Assembly: GCA_951406725.2 (NCBI GenBank)
Contig: OX597836.1
Coordinates: forward strand, 6,572,001 to 6,636,000
DNA length: 64,000 nt
DNA from: Octopus vulgaris
Lineage: Eukaryota
Direction: 5' to 3'
Notes under the pieces: generated by a model
Told to the model about the DNA's origin: nothing
The model's input: the letters and a program-made list of their open reading frames with translations, nothing else
Database searches by the model: none
Program-made: the position numbers and the translations under genes
Shown here: in pieces, positions 41,028 to 55,211 of the stretch
How the letters are laid out: the number at the start of each line of letters is the position of its first letter
Position numbering within the stretch: position 1 is the stretch's first letter

Positions 41028-41893
41028 GCAATTTGTGTGTGTGTGTGTGTGTGTTTGTTTGTGTGAATTGACCTCTATTCCTTCGTAACAAAACACCTCT
41101 TCGCTAAGCCTTACTTTTCGGTAGGAATTCCGTTCGAAAAGAAACACACGATGAAACTGAATCAGACGAAATTATTGGATTGTACGCTTTTGGACCTTCG
41201 GCATGAAATATTTTTTCCCGGAGTAAATGTTTAAAAATAGACAGCAGAATATGAACGAGCACGAATAATATTGATATGATAATCATATTGAATGTAGTTG
41301 GAACCTTTTTTTTTTTTTACTGTTAACACTAACAGCATCATAAAATATATACCGGAAACAGCTTCGAAAAGATAATTTATATCTTAAAGGACATAGAAAC
41401 AGTTAAGCAGGATATAAATCGATGGAAATGAAAGCAGTACAAAGGGAATACCAGAAAGGGAATAAACTAAAGCATGAAGGGTGTCGTAAAATTCGAATAA
41501 ATTTAAATCTGTCGTTGATACACAAATAAACGACAGTAAGACTGACTGGTTAAGGGTAAGGACTAATGTTTAACAAATTATACAACGATACCAATAATGC
41601 ACAGCCTAAAGTCATAGTAACGAAATACACCAGAACCCAACCAACGGTAATGATATATATATGTGTGTGTGTGTGTGGGGGGTTATCTGTGTGCATGCAG
41701 ACATACATACGCTAGCGTAGCTAGAGGGGCGGCACTCTTATGGTGGCAGCTCCACTTTTGGTTCTGCTGTAGGCAATGTGTACTTTTTGAGGGTTGCAGG
41801 GGAGCCAAACCGAAGTGCCGCCTCGGGCGGCACACACTAGCAATACTTCTGCATAGATTCATATACATACATATATGTATGTGCGTGTGTACG

Positions 41894-41935
<42 letters not shown>

Positions 41936-41936
41936 T

Positions 41937-42089
<153 letters not shown>

Positions 42090-42357
42090 TACATAAATAC
42101 ATTTGCAAGTATGTATTTATATGTATATTCATGAGTACATATAAAAAAGGCGTCCGAGTGGAGACTTATTATGTTTTTCCACATCGTCCTTATGCTAATG
42201 TAATTAAAGACAAGTTGATTTCGTCAAGGTATATGCCAACTCAACTCTCGCTGGTGACCAGAGTTCTTTATTTGTGGTTTTTCTGGTTTAGAGATATATA
42301 GATTTAGATTGTTACTTGAATCAAATAGTATTATTGTTGTTGTCATTATTATTATTA

Positions 42358-42410
<53 letters not shown>

Positions 42411-43073
42411 GCTATTTTGTTAATTTTTCTATGCCATTTCTTTTCTAAAGCGCTGATATAAATTTGACGAATTTTGACAAGATGATGAAGGATATATCCA
42501 AACGAAGGGCAAATTTACAAGACTAGTTTGTCCGCAAACAAGCTGACATCAACAACAACAACAACAACAAAAAATAATAAATAAATAACTAATAAATAAA
42601 TAAACGTAAAATAACAAATAACAGCAAATCTCAAAAATTAAATATGGAAGGCAAACAGACGGTATTATCTGTAAAAATAATCAGTGCAGATCTCGTCCAA
42701 TCTTTCTGAATTCTCGTCAAGATCTCGATTGGTCTCGCCAGGTCGTCCATATCATTTTTATGTTGATAATGCCGTAAAAATGACGATAATGAGTTGAAAT
42801 CGGATTAAGGGGGATTCGTGGGGTTTGGTAAGAGGGAGAAATATCAACGACTGAAGGGGTTAATTGAGGTCGTTTTTCTTTTTGCAGACAATACAGTTAG
42901 TGGTGAGTGAAGGGGGGGGTAGAATGGAAATGAGAGTGTGGTATAAAAATAGAGCAAACCTCGATGCACCGAGATCGATATCTGCCAGTTCCATTATCGC
43001 ACAGCTCCCTCCCGTCTCATCTCCCCAATTGCACCCTCCCCCATTATCCATCACGTTTTCTTTTCTTTTTTCT

Positions 43074-43120
<47 letters not shown>

Positions 43121-43143
43121 TATATACACATATATATGTATAT

Positions 43144-43188
<45 letters not shown>

Positions 43189-43286
43189 AAATCAAAGTTC
43201 TCATCTTTCTTTACTTCCTACTCTCTCCTTCTCACCTACTCAAACTCTCACTTACTCTGACTCTCTCTTCGTCATTCTGCCTTTTA

Positions 43287-43317
<31 letters not shown>

Positions 43318-43699
43318 TTTCCCTACCTCTCTTTTTCTCCTCCTCTTTCCCTCATTCCTCTTTCTCTCTCATTCTCACACCCTCATTCGCCGCCTCTTTC
43401 GCTTCCATTCTCTCTCTACGAAACTCACATTATCTCTCTCTTTCTCTCGCTCTCCTTCTCACATTCTGCCACCCTCCACATTTTTCCCCTCTCTCCCCCT
43501 CTCCCCCTCTCCCTCTCCTTCTCAATCAAGCTCTTCACACAACTTTCATTATTGTCTGACTCTGGGACAGATTAAAAAGATAAGAAAGAGAAAGAGAAAG
43601 AGAAAGACAGAGTGTGGGGGGTGGGTGGAGGCAAGAGTAGAGGGATAAGTGATAGCAGAGAAGGTTTAAAAGCTACCAATGTATACATGGATTAAAGTT

Positions 43700-44403
43700 T
43701 ATATGTACGTACGTGCGTATGTATGCACGTATGTACGTATGTATGTATGTATGTATGCATGCATGTATGTATGTATGCATTATGTATGTATGTATGTATG
43801 TATGTATGTATGTATGCATTATGTATGTATGTATGTATGTATGTATGTATGTATGTATGTATGTATGTATGTATGTATGTATGTATGCATTATGTATGTA
43901 TGTATGTATGTATGTATGCATTATGTATGTATGTATGTATGTATGTATGTATGTATGTATGCATTATGTATGTATGTATGTATGTATGTATGTATGTATG
44001 TATGTATGTATGTATGTATGTATGTATGTATGTATGTATGTATGTATGTATGCATTATGTATGTATATATGTATTTATGTATGTATGCATGTATGTATGT
44101 ATGTATGTATGTATGCATTATGTATGTATGTATGTATGTATGCATTATGTATGTATATATGTATTTATGTATGTATGCATGTATGTATGTATGTATGTAT
44201 GTATGTATGTATGTATGTATGTATGTATGTATGTATGTATGTATGTATGTATGTATGTATGTATGTATGTATGTATGTATGTATGTATGTATGTATGTAT
44301 GTATGTATGCATGTATGTATGTATGTATGTATGTATGCATTATGTATGTATGTATGTATTCCCATATGTATGTATGTATGTATGTATGTATGCATTATGT
44401 ATG

Positions 44404-44435
<32 letters not shown>

Positions 44436-44438
44436 CCC

Positions 44439-44469
<31 letters not shown>

Positions 44470-44845
44470 TGTATGTATGCCCATATGTATGTATGTATGT
44501 ATGCATTATGTATGTATATATGTATTTATGTATGTATGTATTCCCATATGTATGTATATATGTATGTATGCATTATGTATGTATATATGTATTTATGTAT
44601 GTATGTATGTATGTATGTATGTATGTATGCATTATGTATGTATGTATGTATGTATGCCCATATGTATGTATGTATGTATTCCCATATGTATGTATGTATG
44701 TATGCATTATGTATGTATATATGTATTTATGTATGTATGTATGCCCATATGTATGTATGTGTGTTTGTATGCATTATGTATGTATATATGTATTTATGTA
44801 TGTATGTATGCATGCATGTATGTATGTATGTATGTATGTATGTTT
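43700..44845. repeat. 1.1-kb (TATG)n array with recurring CAT/CCCAT/TATTTATG variants
   Basis: Read directly. Confidence 0.95.
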
Positions 44846-45019
44846 GTCATTGTTCAGTTTTATTTCAAGATTTCTTGCCAATAGAGAAAGGGACGGTTTC
44901 GAACGTAGATCCAAGGCACCTTCGTTAGAATTTCAACAGGACCTCATCCATGCGATTACATCTGCTAAAAAATTCAGATCTGGAATTCATCAGTATGGTG
45001 GAGCTCGTAGAACTGAAAG

Positions 45020-46300
45020 AGATCTGCGATTTTTCAGTTACACATAGCTTGCTAGGCAACTTAGTGGCCTTGTTATTGTCCCTGTGCCGGAAGGAAGGTA
45101 TGAGGTTAGCATAGCGATTTGTGAAATCACCTTCACATAACCCGATGTAACCCTTCTTTTCGGTATTGTTATGGAGCGCTGCTAAAGCTTCTGCCTCATA
45201 TATGACGGATTAAATCATGCACTCCTGCTGCAGTGGACAGGTTCCTGGTTCTCAACAGTTACAACTAGAAATAGGATCTTGGCGGTGTTTGCGTATTTTG
45301 ATGCTCAGCGGCTATATGAATTTAATTCGGCGTTGAATATTTTTCATCTACCTATGATTTACTGGAATATTCTTATCTAAGAGAGACAGGAGTCTTTTAC
45401 CTATGTTGGTTTTAACATTTTGGAGAAAAGCGGGGATGCAATCCAGACTATTCTCCTGGGTCTATTTTTAGGTTTATTTTTATTGCTCGTACTATCACTA
45501 GCGGGATTGTAAAATTATTTATCTTTAAAGCCACTGTCAGCTAGGGTATTGTTATAGTAGGGAGCAGCCTTATCAAATTTTTTTTAAGAGAAGAAAGGTT
45601 AGATATTCTGTTGCTAATGTTAGTTAACAGGTTTTTAAAAATTATAGTGGAGAGTGACAAGACTGCGTGTGCATGTAAATAAGCTCGTTGAGATTCTGCT
45701 CCGGTTTAAGAGAGGAAGTGTTTAGATAAAGAGAAAGATCTGAAAAATCGGCTTTCGACAGATTAGTAGCGACTGTGATTGTAAGGCCTAATTGACTAAA
45801 GGCTGTGTCGAGTTGTTCCCTAAATTCATCTAGAATATGACAATCACAGCCATGGGAAATTTCCAACCCGTCGTCTCGGTATAGACCAAAATCATGAGAT
45901 GGGAACTTGGATCTCAATGTATTTAACATAAAAAGACTTACATGATCGCAGATATCAGCACTATCATACCATCCCATCGATGCATCGAACAATTCATCTG
46001 TATCGTATTTTTTTTTTTGCCCAAGATGAGCCCTTACTAAACAGGAGTGTTTTTGACGCATGTATGATAAAACCTAAGCTTATATGGTCTACATCAATAT
46101 AGACCATATCGGCGATCTCGTTGGCGAGGGATAAAATCTATAATATCGAACTGAGTAAATCTAGCCCTGTGTTTATTTTTAAGTTCTTAAACCAAACTAT
46201 TACAGCAATATTATCACCCCGTTGCTATGGCCAATTCTGATATCAATATTTCTTAACATTTTTAGCTTTTAACAGGGTCTCGCTCCTTGCTGGGTTTAAA
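45020..46300 (-). pseudogene. Penelope-like retroelement (PLE) fossil: reverse transcriptase plus C-terminal GIY-YIG endonuclease
   Basis: Minus strand, broken by stops and frameshifts: FTQFDIIDF, FDASMGWYDSADIC, GLYRDDGL, DFSDLSL, YMHTQSCHSP; then CNC*EPGTCPLQQEC, SVIYEA, GYIGLCEGDF..RYAN...SF, LASYV*LK. Confidence 0.85.
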
Positions 46301-46809
46301 AATTTACAAGTGGACAACAGACTGCAAAAGATAAGGGAGACAACCCAATACAATCAATTCATAAAAATTTTGGAAAATATCTGTAGATACAATATGGAAG
46401 TCGGTCTGTACCTTCGACGTATACGGTATACTGTTGATGTCTCCCTTCTTTCCTTCTTTCCTTCTTCCTTCCTTCCTTCCTTTCATTATTTTCTTTCTTT
46501 CTTATTTCTTTCTTCCTTTTTTCATTTCTTTGTTTCGTTCTTTCATTCTTTCGTTCCTTCATTCTTCTTTCTTTCCTTCTTTCTTTATTTTTCTTCTTTC
46601 TTTCATTTATACTTTCTTCTTTCTTTCTTTCATTAATTCCTTCTCCTTTTCTTCTTTTTCTTTCCTTCTTTCTTTTCCCTTTATCACTTTCTTCATTCTT
46701 TATATTCTACTCTTTCTCTCTCTTTCTCCTTTCATTTTTATCTTTTCCTTCACATGTTTTTCTACTTTATCTTTTTTATACCTTTATTTATCATCAGATT
46801 CATTCTGCT

Positions 46810-46856
<47 letters not shown>

Positions 46857-47495
46857 ACTTTCACCCTCTCCCCTTCTTCCCCCCTCTCTCTCTTCCTCTT
46901 CTATTTTCTCCTTCTCCATTTTCCTCTTCCCCTGTCATCACTTCTTTATAATTCAAACCATTTTCCCCCTCCCCTGCCTTGCTGTTCTTCCACTTCTCCC
47001 TCTACTGCTTAATTCCAATCACTAAACACTCACACACACACACACACCACTTTTCTCTTTCCTATCACACTTACCTCCCTTGTCTACAAACCATCACTAC
47101 CCCGACCCCCACCGCCGCCACCACCACCACCGCTATATAACACAACACAATGTGACAATCACACAAAAACAAAATGGCCACTTCAGCGAAGCCATTGTTG
47201 AGCTATGTCAGCTCTGGCATTAAAGAGATTTTGGTTGAAACGCCATATTGTGCTTGTTGTTGTTTGGGTTGTTGTTGTTGTCGCCGTCCTCATTGTTGTT
47301 GATGCTGTTATCATTACCGTTGTTGTTGTTTACTGGTGGTGGTGGCGGTGGTGGTGGTGGTGGCGGTGGTTATAGTGCTGGTGGTAGTTATGGTTCTGGT
47401 TGTTGCTGTTGTTGTTGTTGTTGTAGTCGTGGTGGTGGTGGTGAAGATCGTGGTTTTGAAGATGGTGGTGGTAATTTTAGTGGTTTTGGTGTTGG

Positions 47496-47550
<55 letters not shown>

Positions 47551-48142
47551 GGTGGTGGTGGTGGTGGTGGTGGCGGTGGCGGTGGCGGTGGCGGTGGCGG
47601 TAGTGGTGATGGTGTATTGAATGCGTTTTCGTAGCATTCGCCATTGGTTTACTTTCTTGTGTTGCTTCTGTTTGCTGTTGTTGTTCTTGTCGTTCTTGCT
47701 TAGCCTCGAGGGCCAACCCTAATGAAATATACGTATAAACAAACGCGTCCCAGCCTTGCCAGTCCAGTCTTTTAGACACATCTAACGCTTTTTATCCTAA
47801 TGCGTTTAAATTTCATTGAATACGATAAGCTACATAATATGAGGAAGATTGTGGCTGCTATTTCTTGCAGGACGATCAATGCTGGGAATGACAACGCTAT
47901 GTTTCACGTGCAGTAGTGTAGCCTCGTTCAGATCAAACGAACAGGCCGAGGGCCCAAAGTATTCCAGCTATGAGCATACCACCATATCTAGAATGAAACC
48001 TAACTTAGCTGTTCGACAAAAGAGACCGATATAATAAGCCATATATATATGTGTGTGTGCATTGGGGTCGATATAGTCAATTCATCTCCCCGAAATTGCT
48101 GCCTGTGTGGCAAAATTTGAAACCATTATTAACATACAAAAA

Positions 48143-48360
48143 GGCGGTGAGCTGGCAGAATCGTTAGCACACCGGGCGAAATGCTTAACGGCGTTTCGTC
48201 CGTTCTGAGTTCTGAGTTCAAATTCCACCGAGGTCGACTTTACCTTTCATCCTTTCAGGAGTCGATGGAATAAGTACCAGTTACGCACTGGAGATAATCT
48301 AATCAACTTTCCCCTTCCCCTCAAATTTCAGATCTTGTGCCTACAGTAAAAAGGATTATT
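48143..48360 (+). mobile_element. SINE family A
   Basis: Homologous head and body; a further 3' fragment lies at about 48055-48130. Confidence 0.85.
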
Positions 48361-48805
48361 AGCCTATAAAACTAAAACAAAATTCATTAACAGTTGGCAC
48401 AATACTAAAAGAAATACCAAATATGAGACAGCAACCGAAAAGCTCCGAATATTGATTATACATAGACGAGTAAAGCGTGTATATAAGATAGGTATGAAGC
48501 GGAAATATCAATAAAGGAGTTAACATATTCCTGCTTGCAAAAATACTTTACAAAAGTTCTCGAATAATCGAAAGTAATTTTAAAAATTGGTTTCGAAAAC
48601 TGATCGGCAGAAATGGGCTGAGATTTTGATAATAGAAATGAACATTGCGTAGCTTCAGCAGGAAGCTCTGAAAATAGATGTGTGTGTGTGTGTAGGGGGG
48701 GTGTATGTGACTATGTGTATACACACACGCGTCTGCACTCACACACACATACACATACAAAGACAGTAACACACACATACACACACAGAAACACACATAC
48801 ACACG

Positions 48806-48847
<42 letters not shown>

Positions 48848-49042
48848 CATGGGTATATAAGTATATATATACAATATACGTATATAGATGTGTTTATGTG
48901 TGTGTGAGAGTGTATCTACATATATATATATATATACATGCATATATATGCATATATCTGTATGTATGTGTGTATGTATGTATGTATATGTATGCATATA
49001 TATGTGTATAAATTTGTATGAAAATTGGTACTTACCCTTGTG

Positions 49043-49093
<51 letters not shown>

Positions 49094-49959
49094 GTGTGTG
49101 CGTGTGCGTGCATGTGTGGGCATGCGTGTGTGTTTGCGTGCGTCCGTGTGTAGGAAAACGATACGAAGACAAGACACAACGTGTGTTGGCTTAACGATAA
49201 ATCTGGAACGTGTGCTCGATTTAAAAGGTTCCGAGTTCGATTAATCAGAGACACCACCTCCACGACCATCACGCCTCACTATCATAGCCAAAACAACTTT
49301 ATCGTTATCCCTCATCATCATCATCATCACCATCATCTCCAGTTGTTATATATATATTACACTTCGTCCATGAAATTTATCGCTGAAATGCAAATTGTAT
49401 TTTATTAGTATAATGGAATAAGTAGATTGAAAGTGTCGAAAGGGATGTAGCGCCAATATGGGGCCCTTTTAATTTTTTGAGACTGGGGCCATGGTTGGTG
49501 AGGATATGTTGGTAGCTAAGTGTCTGGAGGAAAATTTTGGTCTGCAACATCTGTGGATATGTGTGTATATTAACCCATTAAATGCCAATGTTTTTTATTC
49601 ATATTCTTTGGTTTTGCTTGATGCCTTAGGAGTTAAAATTATTTACAGTATTTAAATTTTTTTCATATGTGAACTATTTTGGAAATTATGATAAATTTTT
49701 TGAAAAGTACCAAATGGGGATCGCTGAAAAAAAAGTACATTTATTCTTTTCTATTCAATTTCAATGATAAACAGTTTAGTTTTTTTGTTTTTTTTTTGAA
49801 ATTGTAGAATCAAATGGGAATGTGAGTGAAATAGCAATGAATGATATTTTGATGGGAAATGCAAAAAAAAAAAGTGTTTTCAAAGCAGTCAATATTTTTG
49901 TGGTTCAAAAATTGTGATTTATGATATGAAATGTCCTCTAGAATTAGCCAGTGCTAATA

Positions 49960-50130
49960 ATCTTTTCTAGTCTAGGCACAAGGAAAGAAATCTTTAGAAA
50001 GTGGGAGGGGGGCAGTCGATTAGATCAACTCCAGTTCGCAACTGGTACTTAATTTATCGATCCCGAAAGGATAAAAGGCAAAGTCGACCTCACGGAATTC
50101 GAACTCAGAACGTAAAGACAGACGACATAC
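49960..50130 (-). mobile_element. SINE family A, 5'-truncated
   Basis: ACTGGTACTTAATTTATCGATCCCGAAAGGATAAAAGGCAAAGTCGACCTC. Confidence 0.8.
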
Positions 50131-50482
50131 CGGTGTGCGTGTGTGTATGGGTTCGTACGCAGACACACAACAGAGAAAAATCACAAAATGATATCAGTTT
50201 TTGCCGAGTGTCTAAACATGCTTCAAGCGGTAGATGAGGGAGTAAACTACTACAGCTAAAAACAATATAAACTTTATCACTTACGCCACCAGGGGACGCT
50301 TAAATCTGTTACTAATCTCAGAATGACCTGTCACATGATATGGTGTCTTAACACGCCATCTTCGTTCCCTGCAACCTAATCCCTGACGAGTCGGTATTGT
50401 TGACAAATTGAACTGGTTTTATATGTCCAAATATGACAGGTTAATCTTCTTGCATAGATACTTAGATACATACATATATATA

Positions 50483-50594
<112 letters not shown>

Positions 50595-50769
50595 TACATA
50601 CATTCATACATACATATATAATCACTAAATATATAATATATATGTGTATACATGTTATAATCACGAAATGATATAATATAAATACATATGTGTGTGTGTA
50701 TACATGCATATATATATTTATATATATGTATGTATGTTATATAATAGGTACGTTTGCGTGTGTATGCAT

Positions 50770-50820
<51 letters not shown>

Positions 50821-50943
50821 ATGCGTGTGAGCACATATCTGCGTGCGAAACCCATGCACATACACAGAGACGCTCACACACATGCAGACACTCTCACATA
50901 CATATACTCACAAAAATACACAAATATAATTATGTATGTATGC

Positions 50944-50976
<33 letters not shown>

Positions 50977-51211
50977 TGTATGTATGTATGTATGTATGTA
51001 TGTATGTATGTATGTATGTGTGTATGTATGTATGTATGTATATATGTACGCCTTCTCTCTTCCCTATGATTGACATGTTAGAAGATAAAATATCAGATTT
51101 TATCCGGCCTAAAGCGTAATATGTTGAGTGGAAGATTTAGTTTATCGGAACGTATCTTACGGACCAAAATATTGCAGTGGAAACTTTTATATACACAACC
51201 ATCTAGAAATA

Positions 51212-51214
51212 AAC

Positions 51215-51303
<89 letters not shown>

Positions 51304-51349
51304 TAATAATAATGATAATAATAATGATAATAATAATAATAATAATAAT

Positions 51350-51402
<53 letters not shown>

Positions 51403-51436
51403 CAACAATAATAATGATAATGATAATAATAATAAT

Positions 51437-51474
<38 letters not shown>

Positions 51475-51532
51475 TAATAATAATGATGATAATAATAATA
51501 ATAATAATATTAATAATAATAATAATAATAAT
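51212..51532. repeat. (AAT)n microsatellite
   Basis: Read directly; similar tracts at 7520-7790, 57290-57615 and 60460-60740. Confidence 0.95.
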
Positions 51533-51790
51533 TTCTTTTATTGGTCAAAAAGGCATAGATGAGGGCCCCATCACGTGTACAGACAACAATTTGTGGAGGG
51601 ATGGAGAGAAAGGAATGGAAAAGACAGTGAATGATTCAGCTCTCCTTATACAGAAAAATCTTCAACAAGGGACCCCATAGATCCAGAATTACCGTGGCCG
51701 CCGAAGGCCCAAACCTTCTCTCCGGCTCTCTACTCCAGTCACACACTGAAAGTAAGGCCGCTCATTCGAATTATTTTCTCCACATTCATA

Positions 51791-52194
51791 GGCGCAGGAG
51801 TGGCTGTGTGGTAAGTAGCTTGCTAACCAACCACATGGTTGCGGGTTCAGTCCTACTGCGTGGCATCTTGGGCAAGTGTCTTCTGCTATAGCCCCGGGCC
51901 GACCAATGCCTTGTGAGTGGATTTGGTAGACGGAAAACTGAAAGAAGCCTGTCGTATATATGTATATATATATATGTGTGTGTGTGTGTTTGTGTGTGTT
52001 TGTCCCTCTAGCATTGCCTGACAACCGATGCTGGTGTGTTTACGTCTCCGTCCCTTAGCGGTTCGGCAAAAGAGACCGATAGAATAAGTACTGGACTTAC
52101 AAAGAATAAGTCCCGGGGTCGATTTGCTCGACTAAAGGCGGTGCTCCAGTATGGCCGCAGTCAAATGACTGAAACAAGTAAAAGAGTAAAGAGT
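51791..52194 (+). mobile_element. SINE family B, full length
   Basis: Nearly identical to 15415-15837. Confidence 0.9.
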
Positions 52195-53342
52195 ATTCAT
52201 CCATTTTCTTTCTCAAATTCATTTGGAGGTAATACTTCCTTCTCCAAGCCATCCAACTCGCCACCACTGAGGACGTCTCCTTGTAAAACCACAGAAAAAC
52301 TTACGCGTGGGTGGCACTGTGTGGTGAGATCTGGCTGCTGCGGTAGAGCGTGCGTGGGGTACTCTGGTGAGGTGTATTATACATTGTATAGTTGTGTGGG
52401 GGTGTAATATATTGGGGTGCGTTGTTGTTGTTGCTGTTCTTGTTGGCGTGATGTGTTGTAGTTGCGGTGTGTTGTGGATATAGCTCTGGCGGGGTTGTAG
52501 CATGGCGTGGTCTTGAGTAGCTGTGGCTTGGCTAGGCGAGGCACGGTGTGGCGCGGTGAGAGATAGTGCGATGCCACAGCATTGCTGTGTCGTTAATGGT
52601 GGCGGTGGTGGTGGTGGTGGTTAGGTGGGGTGATGATGGGGGATGAGGGGCTCCGGGAGGTGATTGTCTTTCTCGAAGATGTGAAGAGCTGATATCGCCG
52701 TCATCCGGCAAGAAAACGGTGTGTTAGTTGTCATTAGAAGGAACAAATCGTTCGGACGTGATGGCGGACGGTGGTGATGGTGGTGGCGGTGGTGGCGGTG
52801 GTGGCGGTTGAGGATGGATGGATGGCTATACGCGGAGGGGAGGGCTAGGATGTTATGAAGGATTAATGAAGGCGATAAGGTGAATAGGGAGACAAGAAGA
52901 AGAAGAAGAAGAAGAAGAAGAAGAAGAAGAAGAAGAAGAAGAAGAAGAAGAAGAAGAAGAAGAAGAAGAAGAAGAAGAAGAAGAACAAAAAGAAGAACAA
53001 AAAGAAGAACAAGAAGAAGAAGGTTGAAGGTTGAAGTGGGATTCGACGGAAACGGCAGATATTTTGACAGTAGGGGAAAGGGAACTGGGGAACCGGGGAA
53101 CAGGGGAACCAGGGACCAGGGTGGAGTTACGTGATGAAATATTCAATGTTCGTTTTATTTTTTGTGTCTTTCATACTTCAACACCAAACCACACCTCGCA
53201 ACATCACGTCACATCACAACCCAAGACCGCATCGCAACCACATCCAGGCACAACTCGACGCCACGTCATCGTAATCAACACAGCATGATACACTTAACAC
53301 CATAGCACACCGCAATACCACTCCCTACCATACTACACGGTA

Positions 53343-53412
<70 letters not shown>

Positions 53413-53574
53413 ATACATACATATATATACATGTATATACATACATATATATACATGTATATACATATATATATATATACATGCATATATATATACATAC
53501 ATGCGTGCATACATATATACATATATATATAAATACATATATATATATATATATATATACACGATATGTTTCAT

Positions 53575-53717
53575 TCAGTTTCCGTCTACCAAATCCACTC
53601 ACATGGCTGTGGTCGGTCCTAGGCTAAAGTAAAAGACATTTTCCCAAGATACCATGCAGTAGGACTGAACCCAGAAACCTGTGGTTGGGGAGCAAGTTTC
53701 TTACCACACAGCCACGC
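53575..53717 (-). mobile_element. SINE family B 5' half
   Basis: CAGTTTCCGTCTACCAAATCCACTCAC...CTTACCACACAGCCAC. Confidence 0.8.
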
Positions 53718-54894
53718 TAATGCCTATGGCGCAGCACCACGACACCTCAACCCTATACCACATGTTACAACAACACCACGTGACACATACTATACTATAC
53801 TAAGCAACACTATGATACTTTAGCCCATGCTACTGTACTCTAATACTACATCAGGCGGCACCACACGGGACCAAAGTATACCATTATGGAGTACATCTGT
53901 AGAGTACATGACCACCACCACCGCCACCATCTACCCCCTGCTACACTCACAAATACAGCCACCAGCACTGCCACCTCAAACGACACCACCACTACGCCCC
54001 GAAACCACCACCACCATCACTATACTCACCACGACTACCACCACTACACCAACTACCACCACCAAAACCACTACCCCTGCCACCACTACCACTACCACTA
54101 CTCCTGCCACCAGCCCTGCCACCAGCCCTGCCACCAGCCCCGCCACCACCAGAACCACTACCACCACCACAACCACCACCACCACCACCTCTACTGCAAT
54201 GAAGGGTCAGTGACATCATTACGATGGGTTTTGTGTCGTGAAAATAATGTCGTCACCACAGTTTATTGCTGACAGTTGGAAGTGGGGGGTGGCGGGAGGG
54301 GGTAGGCGGTGGTGGTGTGGTGGTTGTGGCAACAGTGGTGGTGGTGGCGGTAGTGTAGTGGTTGTGGTTGTGGTGGTGGTGGTGTTGGTGTTGGAAGTGG
54401 TGGCGACAGTACTGTTAGCGGTGATCCTGGTGATTCTAGTGGTGGTGGTGGTGATAGTAGTAGTAGTAGTAGAAATAATTGTAGTAGTAGTAGTAGTAGT
54501 AGGAGGAGGAGGAGGAGGAGTAACTGTTATGGTGGTTGTTGCCGTAGCGTTACTAGTTGTAGTGGTGATGGTGGTGGTGGTGGTGGTGGTGGTAGTTGTG
54601 ATGGTGGTGGAGGCGACGGCCAATGACGACAACCATGTTGCAGTAGCAGTGGTGACATAGGATCTGTCACGGTGGGAACGCTGCTGTGTTGATGCTTTGA
54701 TGGAGGCGATGGCGATGACGGCTGCGAAGTAATGCTGATGCTGTTACTGGTGGTGGTAGTGGTGCTACTGCTGCTGCTGCTGGTGATGATGATGATGATC
54801 ATCATTTTGCTACATGGTGGTCTGGATCTGTGGTTACATGGTCGTGTACAAGTGCGGTGGCGTGGATTGATATCAATGGGGGTCGTGTTTATAT

Positions 54895-55095
54895 GGGTTT
54901 CAAATTTTGTCACAAGGCCAGCAATTTCAGAGAATTACATCGACCCCAGCATTCAACCGGTACTTATTCTATCGACCCCGAAAGGATGAAAGGAAAGTCG
55001 ACCTTGGCGGAATTTGAACTCAGAAATTAAAAAAACCGAACGAAATTGCTGCTAAGCGTTTTCCCCAGTTTGCTAACGTTCCTGCCAACTCTCCA
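54895..55095 (-). mobile_element. SINE family A
   Basis: Reverse complement of the family A body and head. Confidence 0.8.
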
Positions 55096-55211
55096 CCCCT
55101 TTATTTGTGTTTATTTGGGGTTTATCTAAAATCGTACCGTGTAAAGTGCATAGAGGCATCGCACAGGTGTGGTTGCAGTTAGAATGGTCAGTAACGCACG
55201 TGTGATGTAGC

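Noticed and set aside
41712-41850. hAT-like MITE
   Set aside because: Right TIR too degenerate and no TSD.
43679-45047. 400+ aa MYVC-repeat ORFs in three frames
   Set aside because: (TATG)n has no stop codons; artefact.
53827-54660. Mucin-like Thr/Pro-rich ORFs
   Set aside because: Explained by ACC/GGT repeats; open in several frames on both strands, with no splice or domain support.
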